Assembly (NCBI RefSeq): GCF_000002075.1
Contig: NW_004797278.1
Location: forward strand, 1,558,024 to 1,622,023
Direction: 5' to 3'
DNA length: 64,000 bases
DNA from: Aplysia californica
Taxonomy: Eukaryota
The notes beneath the pieces were generated by a model. It searched no databases. It was not told the origin of the DNA and was given only the letters and a program-made list of their open reading frames with translations. Position 1 is the first letter of the stretch; each line of letters starts with the position of its first letter. A program made the position numbers and the translations under genes. Positions 39,029 to 51,437 of this stretch are shown piece after piece.

Positions 39029-39940
39029 CAGTAGTCTCCGCCTAAGATCCCGGTGCTCGGGAGCAAGGAAATGCGGGATCTTAGGCGAACCGAGATCTTA
39101 ACCGACGATCCCAGGGAAGAATCTATGGGGACCCATATTAAGGCTTACAATCGGTAAAATGGTCCGCTTGGTGGGATTATGACATGTGGCGAGCAAAGAG
39201 TGGTTAACCTTGATGGCCTATCACAGTGAATAGTGCCATGAGGCGTGCCATTTTCACTTATTATCCTATTATGAGTCTCAAGATCTACGCTTATTCAGTT
39301 GCCCCTCCCCTTTACTTGTCGAAAATTTATAGCTTTCCATCTCTGACCGAGTCCCCCTCCCCCCTCCCCAAACGCCTTTGTCGTTACACACCATTTAGTC
39401 GTGAACACACCAATTCAAATTCAGTCTGTCTAGCAAATTCGGGCGTAGAGACAACTGCTGCAATCAACGCCTACTGCAATGGTCAGGGAAGAGTTCAGGG
39501 TTCGATGTGGCCCTATCCACCCAGCGAGTGATGTAAGTTTAGGGGGAGAGCTCAGGTGTGAGTGCTATGCGTGGGGAAAACAAACGCGTCGGTCAGTTCA
39601 CACCCCGGTGTGATCCCGTCGGAGGCAAACATTGTATCGCTTCGTCCAGTTTTACAACGTGTATGTGATCACATTCACGATAGTGGCTGATCTTTGACGC
39701 GACGGACAGTTTATTGATCTCAACTTTTGACTCTTGTTTGATCGGCTGTGCTCGCCCGGGTTTTTGTTCTGCAAATTATGATCTGAAATGCGGGATCTTA
39801 GCCGAATGTAGACCTTCAGAGTGAATCAGAGCGGGATCTTAGGGGTGACTTTTGTATAGTAAAAATTCTGTTTTCTTAAAACAGCGAGATCTTAAGGGAA
39901 CCGAGATCGTAAGCGGTGGGATCTTAGGCGGAGACTACTG
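39029..39940. mobile_element. Non-autonomous Tc1/mariner-superfamily (pogo/Tigger-like) MITE
   Basis: Perfect 23-bp TIR CAGTAGTCTCCGCCTAAGATCCC, TA on both sides, subterminal GGGATCTTAG repeats. Confidence 0.92.
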
Positions 39941-40400
39941 TATATGATTTGTTTATTTAGGCACTTCTGTTTTTTGTGCATCCAGTAACTCGGTGCTATG
40001 TAGGTTCTCAGGTTCAATTGAATGTATAGTCTATTTGGTTTCGGACTTCTAAATGACTTCTTTTCTTATGACATTTTCATATTATTTTGTCGGTTTGGTT
40101 TAGCTTGGGGGTTATTTCCGACTGTCAAAAAAAACCGAACCATGTCAAATGTTTCTTTCTTTCTTTTTTTTTGCTAAACTCCGTTCTGCAAAATAGAATT
40201 TTGTACCTTTGTAAACATGACATCACCCCTAGTGTGCTACTTACTTCATGACATTTAAAAGATTATTTTCCTTTTAATTTTGGTATCTTTTCCAAACAGT
40301 CTGACCTCAGGATCGTTCTACTTTCTATTGAAGTTCAATTTTCGTTTGGAAAATGTTTTGTTATTTTGTGTTGATAGTTTGGTATTTGGTGTAGCTTGTA

Positions 40401-41350
40401 CGAGGGGCAGTCAAAAAGTAATGCAAGTTGGTCGCTATTTTGCGCAATATTGCCTCAAATTTTATTCAATTCAGTTCACAAGTACTTGTACTTTTACCTG
40501 TACTTTTGAACTCAAAATGTTAAAATATATGTTTGCTTGATTTTTGCTGGTATGACGTCACATCAGAATGGTTGCCCCCTTGGTGGTCTGTCAGAGTCGA
40601 AGAGCTGTGATTGAATTTCTTGTTTTAGAAGGAGAATCCACCGGTAACATCCAGAAGAGACTTTAAAATATTTAAAAGAACCAAGCTCTAGATTTTGGCA
40701 CTGTGTATAGGTGGGTTAGACTATGAGCAATGAACCGGAAGAAAAGGAAGAGGTATCCATATGCTTGTCAGACAAGCATCGTCCCGAAGAATCAGCCGCA
40801 AAAATCATGGCAACCGCGTTTTGGACATTCATAGAGTGTTTCTCGCATATTCTTTTTACCAAAGGGAGTAACTGTCAATTCTGAAGCCTACATTGAAATA
40901 CTGAAATGACCGAATGCAAGAATTCGACGAGTCAGACCACATTTGAACCTGGAAAGTGTCCTGCCTGCATACGAGTACCGGAACAAGGGAGACAATGGCC
41001 CTGTTTCTATGGAAAACATTGCCACACCCAGCTTATTCTCCTGATTTGACACCTTCAGACTTCTACCTTTTCGGTCCTAGAAGAGATCAATTGAGATGTT
41101 AACAGTATGGAAACAATAGAGAAATCAAGACTGCTGTACCTGTAAGACCAACCTGCTCAGTTTTACAAAGCTGGCATATGTGGACTTAATAAAAGGTGGA
41201 CAGTGGCTATTGAAGGAAATCGAGACTATTTTGAAAAATGGCAATCTGATCCTCAGATGCTCCCCTTCAATTTGAGGTATGATATTTGCCAGTGCGTTCT
41301 TTTTTCTTTAAGTTATAAACGAACTTGCATTACTTTTTGACTCCCCCTCG
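40401..41350 (+). mobile_element. Internally deleted, decayed mariner (irritans/Hsmar2-like TIR)
   Basis: TIRs CGAGGGGCAGTCAAAAAGTAATGCAAGTT and AACTTGCATTACTTTTTGACTCCCCCTCG flanked by TA; transposase remnants RAVIEFL, SAAKIMATAFW, LPHPAYSPDLTPSDFYLFGP. Confidence 0.95.
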
Positions 41351-43273
41351 TACTTCATGAAGTATGAGTCTTGATTTTATTTTGGAAGTGCCTCTGGGGC
41401 AGGGTGTCTGAGTTGACAAGCTGTGCTAAAGATGAAGCATTTTTTTCCTCTAGGAGTGTTTTCAGTTTAAATGCAATTTGATCAAATGTGATATTCTTTT
41501 GTTTTATGACCTTTTTAACATAAGGTTTTGTTTTTAGTTTTTGTACCATCTTTGATGGAGACAATTTACTTTTTACCCCTGTCTTTTTTTAAGGTGGACT
41601 GTGAATGCCCTGTTCTGTTTTGAAACAACTTTCCTTGAAAATTGTATACTTTGTCCTTGAATTTGTGAGGGAAAAGAGCTTCTACTTGACACCATTTGTT
41701 ACCTGTGTTGTTTTATAGAATTACCATAAGCAGTTGCCTCCAGCTCTGGCCTGGAAGGCATCTGTTGTGTTGACATTGGGATCTGGACCAGGAATGCACA
41801 AGTCTGGCAATGCAGTTGGATAAGAAATTGTCTTTATTCAGAGACTTTCTACCTCTCTTGTGAGAAATGTGGCAGTAAAAGAATTGTTTTGGTTTGTTTT
41901 ATCCAAAATAGTAACACTGAATCCTATTAGTCTTTTTAGAGGGCCATTATTGTTTAGTTTCTTGGAAAAGAGCACCAATTTCTACAAGTGATGTTATGAT
42001 ACTCTTGCCTTTCTGGATGACACCGTAGATATTTTTAGAGCGCAAAAGAACAGCATTGCACAAAGGGTACTACACAGAGCCATGTCGGATGGCTGACTTC
42101 AGTGACCTGAATGGTTCCTTCAGACACTGAATTTCTGGGGGAAAAATGCCGAGTATTAATTTTTATCTAAATGGCATTGGCATGATTGGACGCTGGCTGA
42201 CTAGTTATTTGCGCCAAATTGAGTTCTGTATTTTGTTCCACTTGAACAAGCTTTTTGACTCAGTGGAAACCCTGCTTCAAATAGCAGTATTGATCTATTT
42301 TCCTTGAGTGCCTGTTTGAGAAAACGAAGAAAAAGTGCTATGTTCAGTTTATCTGTAGTCCTCTCTGTCTTGTTTGTACCAAGATGGATGTCAGTTTTCG
42401 TCTAGTTCTGCTGCTACAATATTTTCATGTAACGGCAGTTATGGTTTAGTGCATTACAGTGGGGGTTCTCATGAAAATCAGTGTCTTCCCACAGTAAAAA
42501 TAATTTCAGACTTCAGTAAAATGTGCCCTGAAATTACTCTGTAAAAGAATAATATTTTGGACACTATCTGAACAAAATCTTTTAAAATTGTGATTTACAG
42601 ATGGTTCATCTTTCCATATATTAATCAAACTTAATGTCTGATAGAACTGAAAACAAGGTCCAATGTTAATAATATATCGAAATAACCTTACGTGCCTTTG
42701 AGCATGTTTTCTCAGAGCAAGGCAAGAATGTGTGCATTGTTTCCAAGACATCCTGTCGGTTAGTCATACTCAAACTGCCAGTCACAAAGAGAGGCAATGC
42801 TCTAACAAAATGGGGTAGCTTAACGTATTGCTTTATCCAAAGTAGTCACTTTAGTTTCAGGACAAAAGTGCAGTAGTGCATATCACCAAGTTCGTCTGTC
42901 ATTAATTGTTTTTAAAAAGGTGACCTGATTTTCCATTGTTTTAAATAACTGGTGAAAATGAATATAATGTTTTGCATAACAGTTTGCTTCCTGTGAGGAG
43001 TATGAGTGCAAGTTGGCCCGAAATAAACCAATCATGTTGCTTATGTATGCAATGTGAAAAATTATTCGTGATGATTTTATGCGATCAAAATACAGAACAT
43101 AAACCTCATACTGATATTACTTCAGAGGAAATATGATCGTCTCAATAGAGCATGTGGATATGGTACAAGGTTTTTTTTGTTTTTGTTTTCAAGTCATTTT
43201 TCGTGTGTTAGACTGAAGGCATGTGCCTAGCAAGTCTTACTGTTTGTTGTGCCTTGTGTGAATGACTTTTTCT

Positions 43274-43279
43274 AATAAA
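43274..43279 (+). terminator. Candidate polyadenylation signal of the ENT gene
   Basis: AATAAA followed by T/GT-rich sequence at the end of a long T-rich UTR-like tract; not verified. Confidence 0.35.
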
Positions 43280-44156
43280 ACATTGTTATTTCATTTTATT
43301 CATTTTGTTTTCAAGAGTTTTCTTAAGCTGCACCAAATATGTGAGCGTGCCTCATGAAAGGTACCTTGCTTCAAAGGTTATAAACTAAGTTCCATTAAGA
43401 ATGGATTCTTTAGCCATTAATATATCAGTATTTACAAGGACTTGAGTTTCTTTTACTTTAAATACATTTTAAAAGATTTTTTAAAACTTGAGCTATACTG
43501 CATAATTTAAAAAATGCGTGAGAAAACTGGTTTTCCGAGTAAACACGGCAGATGGTTTGTCCTGTCCGTTCATGACCCAATCACATTGCATGCCAAAATT
43601 TAGGTAGTTCTCTCCCCTCTCTAATGGTGGGTAGTGCGCATGAATATATGGAAAATGTAAACAAAGCGAAGCTTTGCGCATTCACACCCTTTCTTTTTTT
43701 TGGGAGAGCAAACTTGTATCGCCTATTTCTGCTCTGTGCATACCAAGAACTATTTCTTGAAAGTTCTTGCTCAAGGTGGTGGTGAATTTGTTTCCAAAAG
43801 ACGTAATATAAGCACTTTGAAGCTGTTCCTTTATCTTCACTGCTTTTTGAAGTTAGTTTGTGAGTAGCGAATGTGTTGTCAGGTCATCTCGAGGCGTTGA
43901 TCTGTCTATTTGAAGCAGAAACAAAGGGGAAACTTTAACACCTTTTTTCTCCAAACTTTGTTTCCGTACTTAGCCTTTTAAAATCACCCATATCTAAAAA
44001 ACTGATGAAGATATCTTAAGAATTCAAAAGCAAATTATTTAGAAATGATCTCTGTAAATGAAATGCAAAAAAACGTGATTCTGCAAAATAGGTCTTTTGG
44101 TACTTTTCACCAGGCACACCCACATATTTTCAAGCATGGAACATTGCATACTTCTT

Positions 44157-44428
44157 TGCTCTCCCCTGCTCGATCTGGGGGTAGTCAAACTGCTTGTTCT
44201 CCCCTGCTCGATCTGGGGGTAGTCAAACTGCTTGCTCTCCCCTGCTCGATCTGGGGGTAGTCAAACTGCTTGCTCTCCCCTGCTCGATCTGGGGGTAGTC
44301 AAACTGCTTGCTCTCCCCTGCTCGATCTGGGGTTAGTCAAACTGCTTGTTCTCCCCTGCTCGATCTGGGGGTAGTCAAACTGCTTGCTCTCCCCTGCTCG
44401 ATCTGGGGGTAGTCAAACTGCTTGCTCT
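44157..44428. repeat. Minisatellite, 7 x 38 bp (CTCCCCTGCTCGATCTGGGGGTAGTCAAACTGCTTGCT)
   Basis: Units start at 44161, 44199, 44237, 44275, 44313, 44351, 44389; no spacers. Confidence 0.97.
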
Positions 44429-44599
44429 TCATCCTGCAGTGCAACTGATTTTTACTTATATGACTGTTTTTCCTACTTCATAGGGCCCCCTTCCTTCAGG
44501 CAGCCACATTCCGATTTCAAAGGTACTCTGATATGTTTTTATATTATACTGACTACAGTGTGTCCATTTTTTTGTAGGAATCAATTTTAAAAATTTTGC

Positions 44600-45055
44600 A
44601 CAGGTGGTGGTTGAAGCCTCCTCTTTTTAGTTTTAGGACCACCTAGGGATATTTGACATATGAAACTTGCACACGGGACCGTTGAGATTTTTCGCCCTTA
44701 TCTGAGAAGGCTAGTAGTTGTTCAGTCTTTCCTACTCAAAGATCAGGGGTGTGGCTGAAAGACAGCAGTAAGAAAGAGACTATGGTCGAGTTAAAGAGTC
44801 GGAAGGAAGGGAGAGAGGAGCACAGAAGAGGCTTAGGAGCACAGAAGAGACTTAGGGGAGGGGGGGGGGGAAATGTGGGAGGGGTTTAAAGTAGAGATGA
44901 AAGCAGAGGACAAAACAGGAATAGAGAACTGGAAAGGATTTGAATAGAAAACATTTTAGAGAATAAAATTTTTCGTCTTTTGTCATTGTCAGGTTCCAAT
45001 CTTAGAACCTTTTGAATGAGAGCTGGACTCCATCCTTCTGGACCACAAAGACCCT
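44600..45055 (-). mobile_element. Diverged copy of SINE family T
   Basis: Shares GAGAAGGCTAG, AGATCAGGGGTGTGGCTGAAAGACAGCAGTAAG and a decayed tRNA head. Confidence 0.85.
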
Positions 45056-45191
45056 TTGGTAATAATATATTATATAGATCTAATGCATTTTTATGTTATA
45101 ATTCTATTTTCAAAGAGGTTTATAGTATTTTTTGTCCATAAACAAGGGCCCTCTTCAGCCATGCAGGAATGAAAGTAGTACAGAATATAAC

Positions 45192-45490
45192 TCCCCTCGG
45201 GGCAGTGCTACTGACTGAAGTGTCTTTAGGCCATTACTAAAGGGGGGACATAATTATGTTCTTATGCACAGTAGAATTGTAAATGGGCTGACTCATCAAT
45301 GTCATGCTCATAACTGCCTGAACTACAACGCGGAAATGCCACTTTTTCTTCCCTTATCCTTACTATCATAATTTTTCCTCTACTTCTTTTGTATGTTTGT
45401 CACACTCTTGTGAACAGCTATTTCTGGGGTGCCTTGGCGCTCATATGACCTGCCTCATGCAGTTGCTAAAACTAAAAAAACCGAAACGAA
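45192..45490 (+). mobile_element. Family L copy lacking the internal ~95-bp module
   Basis: Colinear with the other copies; GGGGTGCCTTG joins directly to GCGCTCATATGACC; short TSD AATATAA. Confidence 0.85.
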
Positions 45491-46612
45491 ATATAAACAC
45501 TTTTCCTTTGTGTCCAATGTATTTGTGGAGATCTGTTGGGGGATGTTGTGGGAAATCATCCTGACAAGAGTTAAATTTGAAATGAAAGAGTGCCAGTATT
45601 ACATTGTATTTAAGTAGGTGCCCTACAACAGCTGTGAAGGAAAAACTTGAAGTGACTGTGCCAGAAACTTAGAAATTAACTGGATTAGTTAAGGTCTACA
45701 TGGTCATAAATGTGTTGTTTTTCTTTAAAGAAATAAAATCTTTTCTTGACTTTGATGCGTTCTGTTTTCCTCATAGTTACTTATTCTTAATAAGTGCATG
45801 TTTATTGATAGATATAACTTTTCTGTCAACCACACTTGCGCCAGCCACATTCATTTCAAAATGTAAAAGCTGGCTTGGTTCATACAAGTCCTCTTTTTAC
45901 CAAGTTCATGCTTATTGAAAGATTGATTGTCCTGCTCATATGGTAATGGTAATAGCGTATACATGTATCTGGTCTCACTTTGAGGTGATGCAAGACATGT
46001 TAGAAAATATTATTTTGTAAGTGCCATTCTCTTGTGTCTTGAATAAATGAAGATAACGAATAATATTGTTCCTAGCTTGTCACTGCCTTCATTTATCCTT
46101 TTCTTTTCTCGTAGAACTCTGCCAATGTTTCCTGACCGTTGATTTTGTGCAAGTTCAGAACTTTTAAGAGAGACCTGGGAGTTTGCTGTATTCTGGAAGA
46201 ACATAAATATTTATGTTTATTTCAAACTGGCCAGAACATATTCATATTCTTGGTAGATTTGACGCTTGATTTAAAAAATGCACTAAGATGCTTCAACCTG
46301 TTTTGCAGCTGCAATACTTTTTCTCAAGTATTCGTGCATCTGTTTTTTTGCTAATACAAACTTGAACATGGGACTAAATGTCTTATGAGAAGCCCAGTGC
46401 AATTATTTATGTATGTAGATCTATGTATATATTTATGATTTATATGATAAAATAGATTTTTGTGTATAGCATTACAAAAATTTTGGAATTGTTTGTTTTG
46501 CACTAAGGTTGGGGGGGGGGGGGGGGGGGCTTTCATGCTATGGTGAATCCCAACAGGAAGGGAACTCATCATAAATTGCCAGATCTGAAACATACATCAG
46601 AGATCATGGTTC

Positions 46613-47013
46613 CCCCCCCGGCAGGGCAGTGCTACTAGCTAAAGTGTCTTTAGGCCATTCCCAATGGGAGGATATTTATATGTTCTTAAGCACAGTAGAA
46701 TTGTACATGGGCTGATTTATCAATGTCATTCTCATACTGTGCCGGAACGACATAGGGGGAGCTGCTGCTTTTTCTTTCCTCATCCTTACTATCGTCCTTT
46801 TCCTTTACTTCTTTTGTATGTTTGTCACTCTCTTGTGAACTGCTACTTCCGGGATTCCTTGATAGTCGAAGCTGACTTTTTGTACTGTTGAGGCTACAGA
46901 GGTGAGCAGAGTAAACCTGATTCCCTGTTTGGACTTTTCTGTTGACATCCACCCGTTGGCGCTCATATGACCTCATGCAGTTGCGAGCGCCGTAATACCT
47001 TAATAAAAAGAAA
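46613..47013 (+). mobile_element. Non-autonomous retroelement family L (about 400 bp, no tRNA head), complete copy
   Basis: 14-bp TSD AGAGATCATGGTTC (46599-46612, 47014-47027); LINE-type 3' stem-loop and A-rich tail; homologues at 5301 and 45192. Confidence 0.9.
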
Positions 47014-48689
47014 AGAGATCATGGTTCACCGTTTATTTCTTTGTTTGAATTCTCTCAAGAAACTTATATTATCCTTGGCTGTCCTCATAACCCATCTGTT
47101 CAGGTTTTCCAATTTAAGCTGCTCTATGTCCACCCCTGTTTGCCTCCTATTTTTCCAGTGACATAAAGACGATCAAGGTCTTTTATGTCAATTCTAGTGT
47201 CCCAGAAGCTGCAGTTGCCTATCCTAATTGATTTTATTAATGAGCAACTCATGTGGACTTCTTTTAGTACTACCTCATGAGATGTTTCTGTTTCTCAAGA
47301 TTAGATGCATTATATTGGAACTTATCTTTAGCTTTTGTAGGCTTCATTCTATTCCTGTAGAACACTTAGCATTGGATGTAATAATGTAATCTAGATATTT
47401 AAACTACTGACCTTGTCTGGTCTTTTCACCTTTACTTGCCAGATGACAAACTGGATCCATTGCTCTATTGGATATTACAATAATACAATGCAATCTGTTT
47501 TCTTATTTTCAACAATGGCCCTTTACGTTTGTTTACTTTCAGTCACAGCAGTACCCTATCTTAAAGCAGTTAAAGGTCCTTTTCTGAATCTGCAGTTAAA
47601 ACTGTGTTATCGGCATATCTCATGTTTATATATGTGATATGGACTCTGTATAAGATAGTTTATCTAAAATGGGCTGGATGGATAGTAACCCTCCTTCAAA
47701 ACAATGGAGGTGTCTGACAAATGACATTAACAGTCAATTTGTTCTCTATGAGCAGTCAGTGGGTAGCACTAGTACCAGGACCTGTTCAGGCATTCCAAAT
47801 TCCCATTTCTCTCACTTTTTTATTTGCACAAAGTATGACAGACTTTATTGATTGTTCTATACTGTTCAGAATGTATATATAAACACACTTATCTTTTCTG
47901 TTATCAACCACTGTCTTATCCACAGTTTTATATTTGTGCATATCCAAGAAACATGCTCATTTCTGGTGGCCTTCTGCATGTTTATACCTCAATCGCAAAA
48001 AAACCACCAACATGTATGCATGTATGTTATACTGTAAAAACTATGACAAATTTAAACCTTTTCTTTTCTGTGCACATGTATATGAGTTCATTTAGTCCCT
48101 GAATTGACATTTTGTAATGAAAGGAGAAAATTATTGTCTTTGTTTTGTAAATTTTTGGTGTGATGAATCCTGAAAGTTTGGCCTTGTGGGTGTTTTGGGC
48201 AACTCTTTGTTTTAACTTAAGAAATAATATATTCTATTTTTTTAATGTATTTGGCATTATCTTGTTATAATTATCAAATAGAAATATTTATCCAATTCAA
48301 AAGTAGCTTTCCTGCTTGCAGTGACATGTCTTCTTATCTTTATGCGACTTGTGGCATTATTTATAGTCAGTTTTTAATGCTACAAAAGAGGCCTCTAACA
48401 TAATTTACTTCTGGGCTACACTCTTTTTATTATATTCTGTGATCATTGTACTACAAGTGTGAAAGTGGGCATAAGATTAATCATGGGAGAATCCAAGCAC
48501 AAAAAGATAATCATTAATTGCTTCCACAGTGAATTATTGTGTCCTGTATGCGGAAAGATAATTGTTAGTTTACTCCAATTACAAAATTGTCTTTCAAAAT
48601 TTGATAGGAAAAGGTGTTCATGGACAGTGTCAAATAGTAACTTTTGAACTTTTCAGATATCTTGTTATGGTGAAAGTGATATATATGTG

Positions 48690-49140
48690 AGGCATCGTGA
48701 TGAAATGAAGTGCTTATCGAAATAATGAAATCGAAGAAACAGGCATTTTTCTGCCGGTTTGTCAATTTTTATTGATTTGTTTTATTTTTTGGCTCAACAA
48801 TTTTTATGTCTGTACTGAATAGAGATACATTTTTGTACGGATACATTTTTGTGCGGATTTTTACCGAAAAACATTGATTAAAGGCATAAAAAATGTAAAA
48901 TTTTCCAGTTTCCAAGGACTAAAGCGTTGGAAGTCACCAAACTTTGATGGCCATTTCTTCATGAATTTTACCTCTGAAACTAGGCGACCTCACGTCCTTC
49001 AATAGAAAAAATATATTGACTTCAAGATCGATTAATATTTCTAAATTGAGAGCAGGGCAAATTAAGATTAAGAGGTTTTTAAATTATACCAATAACTCCC
49101 CATGCCCAAACTTTGACAAGCACCTGATTCTACCGTGTCA
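48690..49140. mobile_element. Second, inverted copy of the 9637-10064 MITE
   Basis: Shared segments such as AATTTTACCTCTGAAAC and TGACAAGCACCTGATTC. Confidence 0.75.
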
Positions 49141-49439
49141 TGACAATTGATATTTTTATCAAAGAGAAAGGATACCTTTCTTTTCAGAGTAGTGGTTACA
49201 CTGTTATCTCCAAACGTGCAGACACACTGGATCCTATTTCAGTTTCGCTTTCGGCTTCTTACATCCCCAACATAAAGACCGTAACGAAAATAAACCGGAT
49301 GCCATACGTTTTGTATTTGGTTTGTTTCAGGCTTTGCATTATAAATATAATAACAACAACGACAGGTGATTGAATTATGACGGCTCGCCCACAACGCCAG
49401 TGGCCAATGCACAATTTATGACAAAACGTAATGGAGTCA

Positions 49440-49640
49440 CTAAGGTGGCCGTCTAAGACAGGTATTAATGCTTAGTGTGATAGGGGTTGTGTGTTAAATT
49501 ATGGTGGCCGCGGTCACGTTGGACAGGTGCCCGTTTTACACAGTTAAATTATATAGAAAAAACGCAAGGGGGGAAATGGAAAGTGGCCGTTTGTACAGGT
49601 GGCTGTCTTATAGAGGTGGTCGTCAGGGCAGGTTTGACTG
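49440..49640. mobile_element. Right end of a pogo/Tigger-like MITE
   Basis: Repeated AGGTGGCCG subterminal motifs ending GGCAGGTTTGACTG-TA; left TIR not seen. Confidence 0.6.
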
Positions 49641-49973
49641 TATAACATAGTTAGGGCTAAGCAAGAGAGAGAGGGGTTCAATTTTAAATAAGTGTTCAAT
49701 TTTTATAAATTGATATAAAATGTACTTAAACCATCAATTCCCATCTCATTGCAGATCTCTATCCATTGCTTCTTTATATATTGCTGCTTTACACAGCAAT
49801 GAGTGCTTCCATCTTAGTTGCAAAAAAAAATCATGCAATGCAAGGACACTCCTTTCTGCCGGAAGGGAAACGGGAAATTTTAGCGTCGCCCTTAGTGGTT
49901 TCGGATTGAAGGAAAGTCGAACTTATCTCCGTCTTGAAAACGTACTGGAAACGTGACGCAGTGTAGCGCTGAT

Positions 49974-50331
49974 CATCATCATCCAGTGCCAGATCTGCAA
50001 CTGCAACAGACATCGGCGATCATGGTTTTCCATTCATTCCTTTTCTCGGATGCTCTCAAAAAAGCTACGTTTCCCTGATCTTTCCCTGTTACCCATTTGT
50101 TTAGGTTCCCTAGGTATTTTGTTCTGGACCTACCCCTGCCTCGCTTGCCCTTAATTTTGCCAGTGAGAGCTAAATGTTCAAGACCATCATGTCTATTCAG
50201 ATGTCCCAAAAACTGCATTTGTCGTTTCCTGATTGTTTTTAACATTGCGCGTCCCACGTGGGCTTCATCAAGCACTACCTCATTTGATTTCTTTTCCTTC
50301 CACGATACTCTTAGCAGTCTCTTAAGTAACC
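49974..50331 (-). mobile_element. 3' fragment of an RTE-clade LINE
   Basis: RLLRVSWKEKKSNEVVL...IRKRQMQFLGHLNR...GKIKGKRGRGR is a typical RTE C-terminus; (GAT)n tail; TSD AGCGCTGAT at 49965-49973 and 50332-50340. Confidence 0.9.
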
Positions 50332-51079
50332 AGCGCTGATATTGAAACAAAAAGCCATTCTCGTTCTCTCAGGTGACGGTGTGTTCACCAAGGTCAGCAC
50401 TCGAAAGCGACACGGAAATTTTTATAGGATCCAGTGTGTCTGCACCTTTAGTGTAGATCACAGAATTCTACACTTCTAAGTGAAGAATTCTGTTGTGTAG
50501 ATCTACCTCCAGGTCAATGGCCCTGATGCCTCTTCAGATTTTTTATCTTTGGGTTTTTAACTATTTTAGCAAAATATGGTGGGGCTTTTCTGTTCAAAAC
50601 ATTCCATAGAACGGGTTCCACTTCAGGCACCTGGCAAGGAAAACAGATCTAGATCTATTTGGAAAGGAAATTTTCTAATGGGAGGAGACTCGTTAACGAT
50701 TTCTTCAAAAGAAAATTTATCAGTGTATGCCAGTCACTGTTTATTTCCTTTTGGTTTTGAAGACCTCTTTCTTTCACCCTTTCTTCATCTTATTCTTAAT
50801 CAATCTGGGCGAACAAATTGGTGTAGGGGGGCAAAAGCTATCCTATCCATTTTGAAAGGTTATTTGTTCTATACTATAATGTGTGTTTCAGAAGTGGACA
50901 TTGTGTGAAGATTACCTTTTTATTATGCCCGAACCTATAAATGTCGCATCTTGATGAATCAACCATTTATGTTTTCTTTGTATAATCTGCCCATTAAAAA
51001 GTTATAGAATCCTATCTCTTTCTTAATGTGTTTTGTATTGAATGATTTATGTTCTCTTGTCTTATGTAAACATGTGTCA

Positions 51080-51437
51080 GTGGGTGGTTGGTGGGTGCTC
51101 TGATGTGGTTTGCTTCTTCTTTCCTTTCAAGCATCTATCGTCCTTATCTCCCCTTCTTTTTTATGTTTGTTACTCTCTTGTGACACCTCTAATCTTCTGG
51201 CGCTCATATGACCTTATGCAGTTGCGAGCCCGTAATACCTCTACTAAAACTAAACATGTGTCAGTGGGTGGTTGGCGGGTGCTCTGATGTGGTTTTCTCC
51301 TTCTTTCCTATCAAACATATATCGTCCTGACCTCCCCTCCTTCTTTTTTGTGTTTTTTACTCTCTTGTAACACCTCTAATCTTCGGCACTTATTTATATG
51401 ACCTTATTGTGTTGCAAGTGCCGTAAAACTCTTACTA
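51080..51437 (+). mobile_element. Head-to-tail pair of family S copies of two different tail subtypes
   Basis: AAACATGTGTCA occurs before, between and after the two copies. Confidence 0.9.

Noticed and set aside
44157-44428. CRISPR-like appearance (38-bp partly palindromic repeat)
   Set aside because: Units are contiguous with no spacers, no cas genes, eukaryotic context
45198-45330. HDV-like ribozyme in family L (GGGCAGT/ACTGCCT 7-bp stem with a G-U first pair)
   Set aside because: Present in this form only in one copy, through a small deletion; no P3/L3/P1.1 or J4/2 arrangement found
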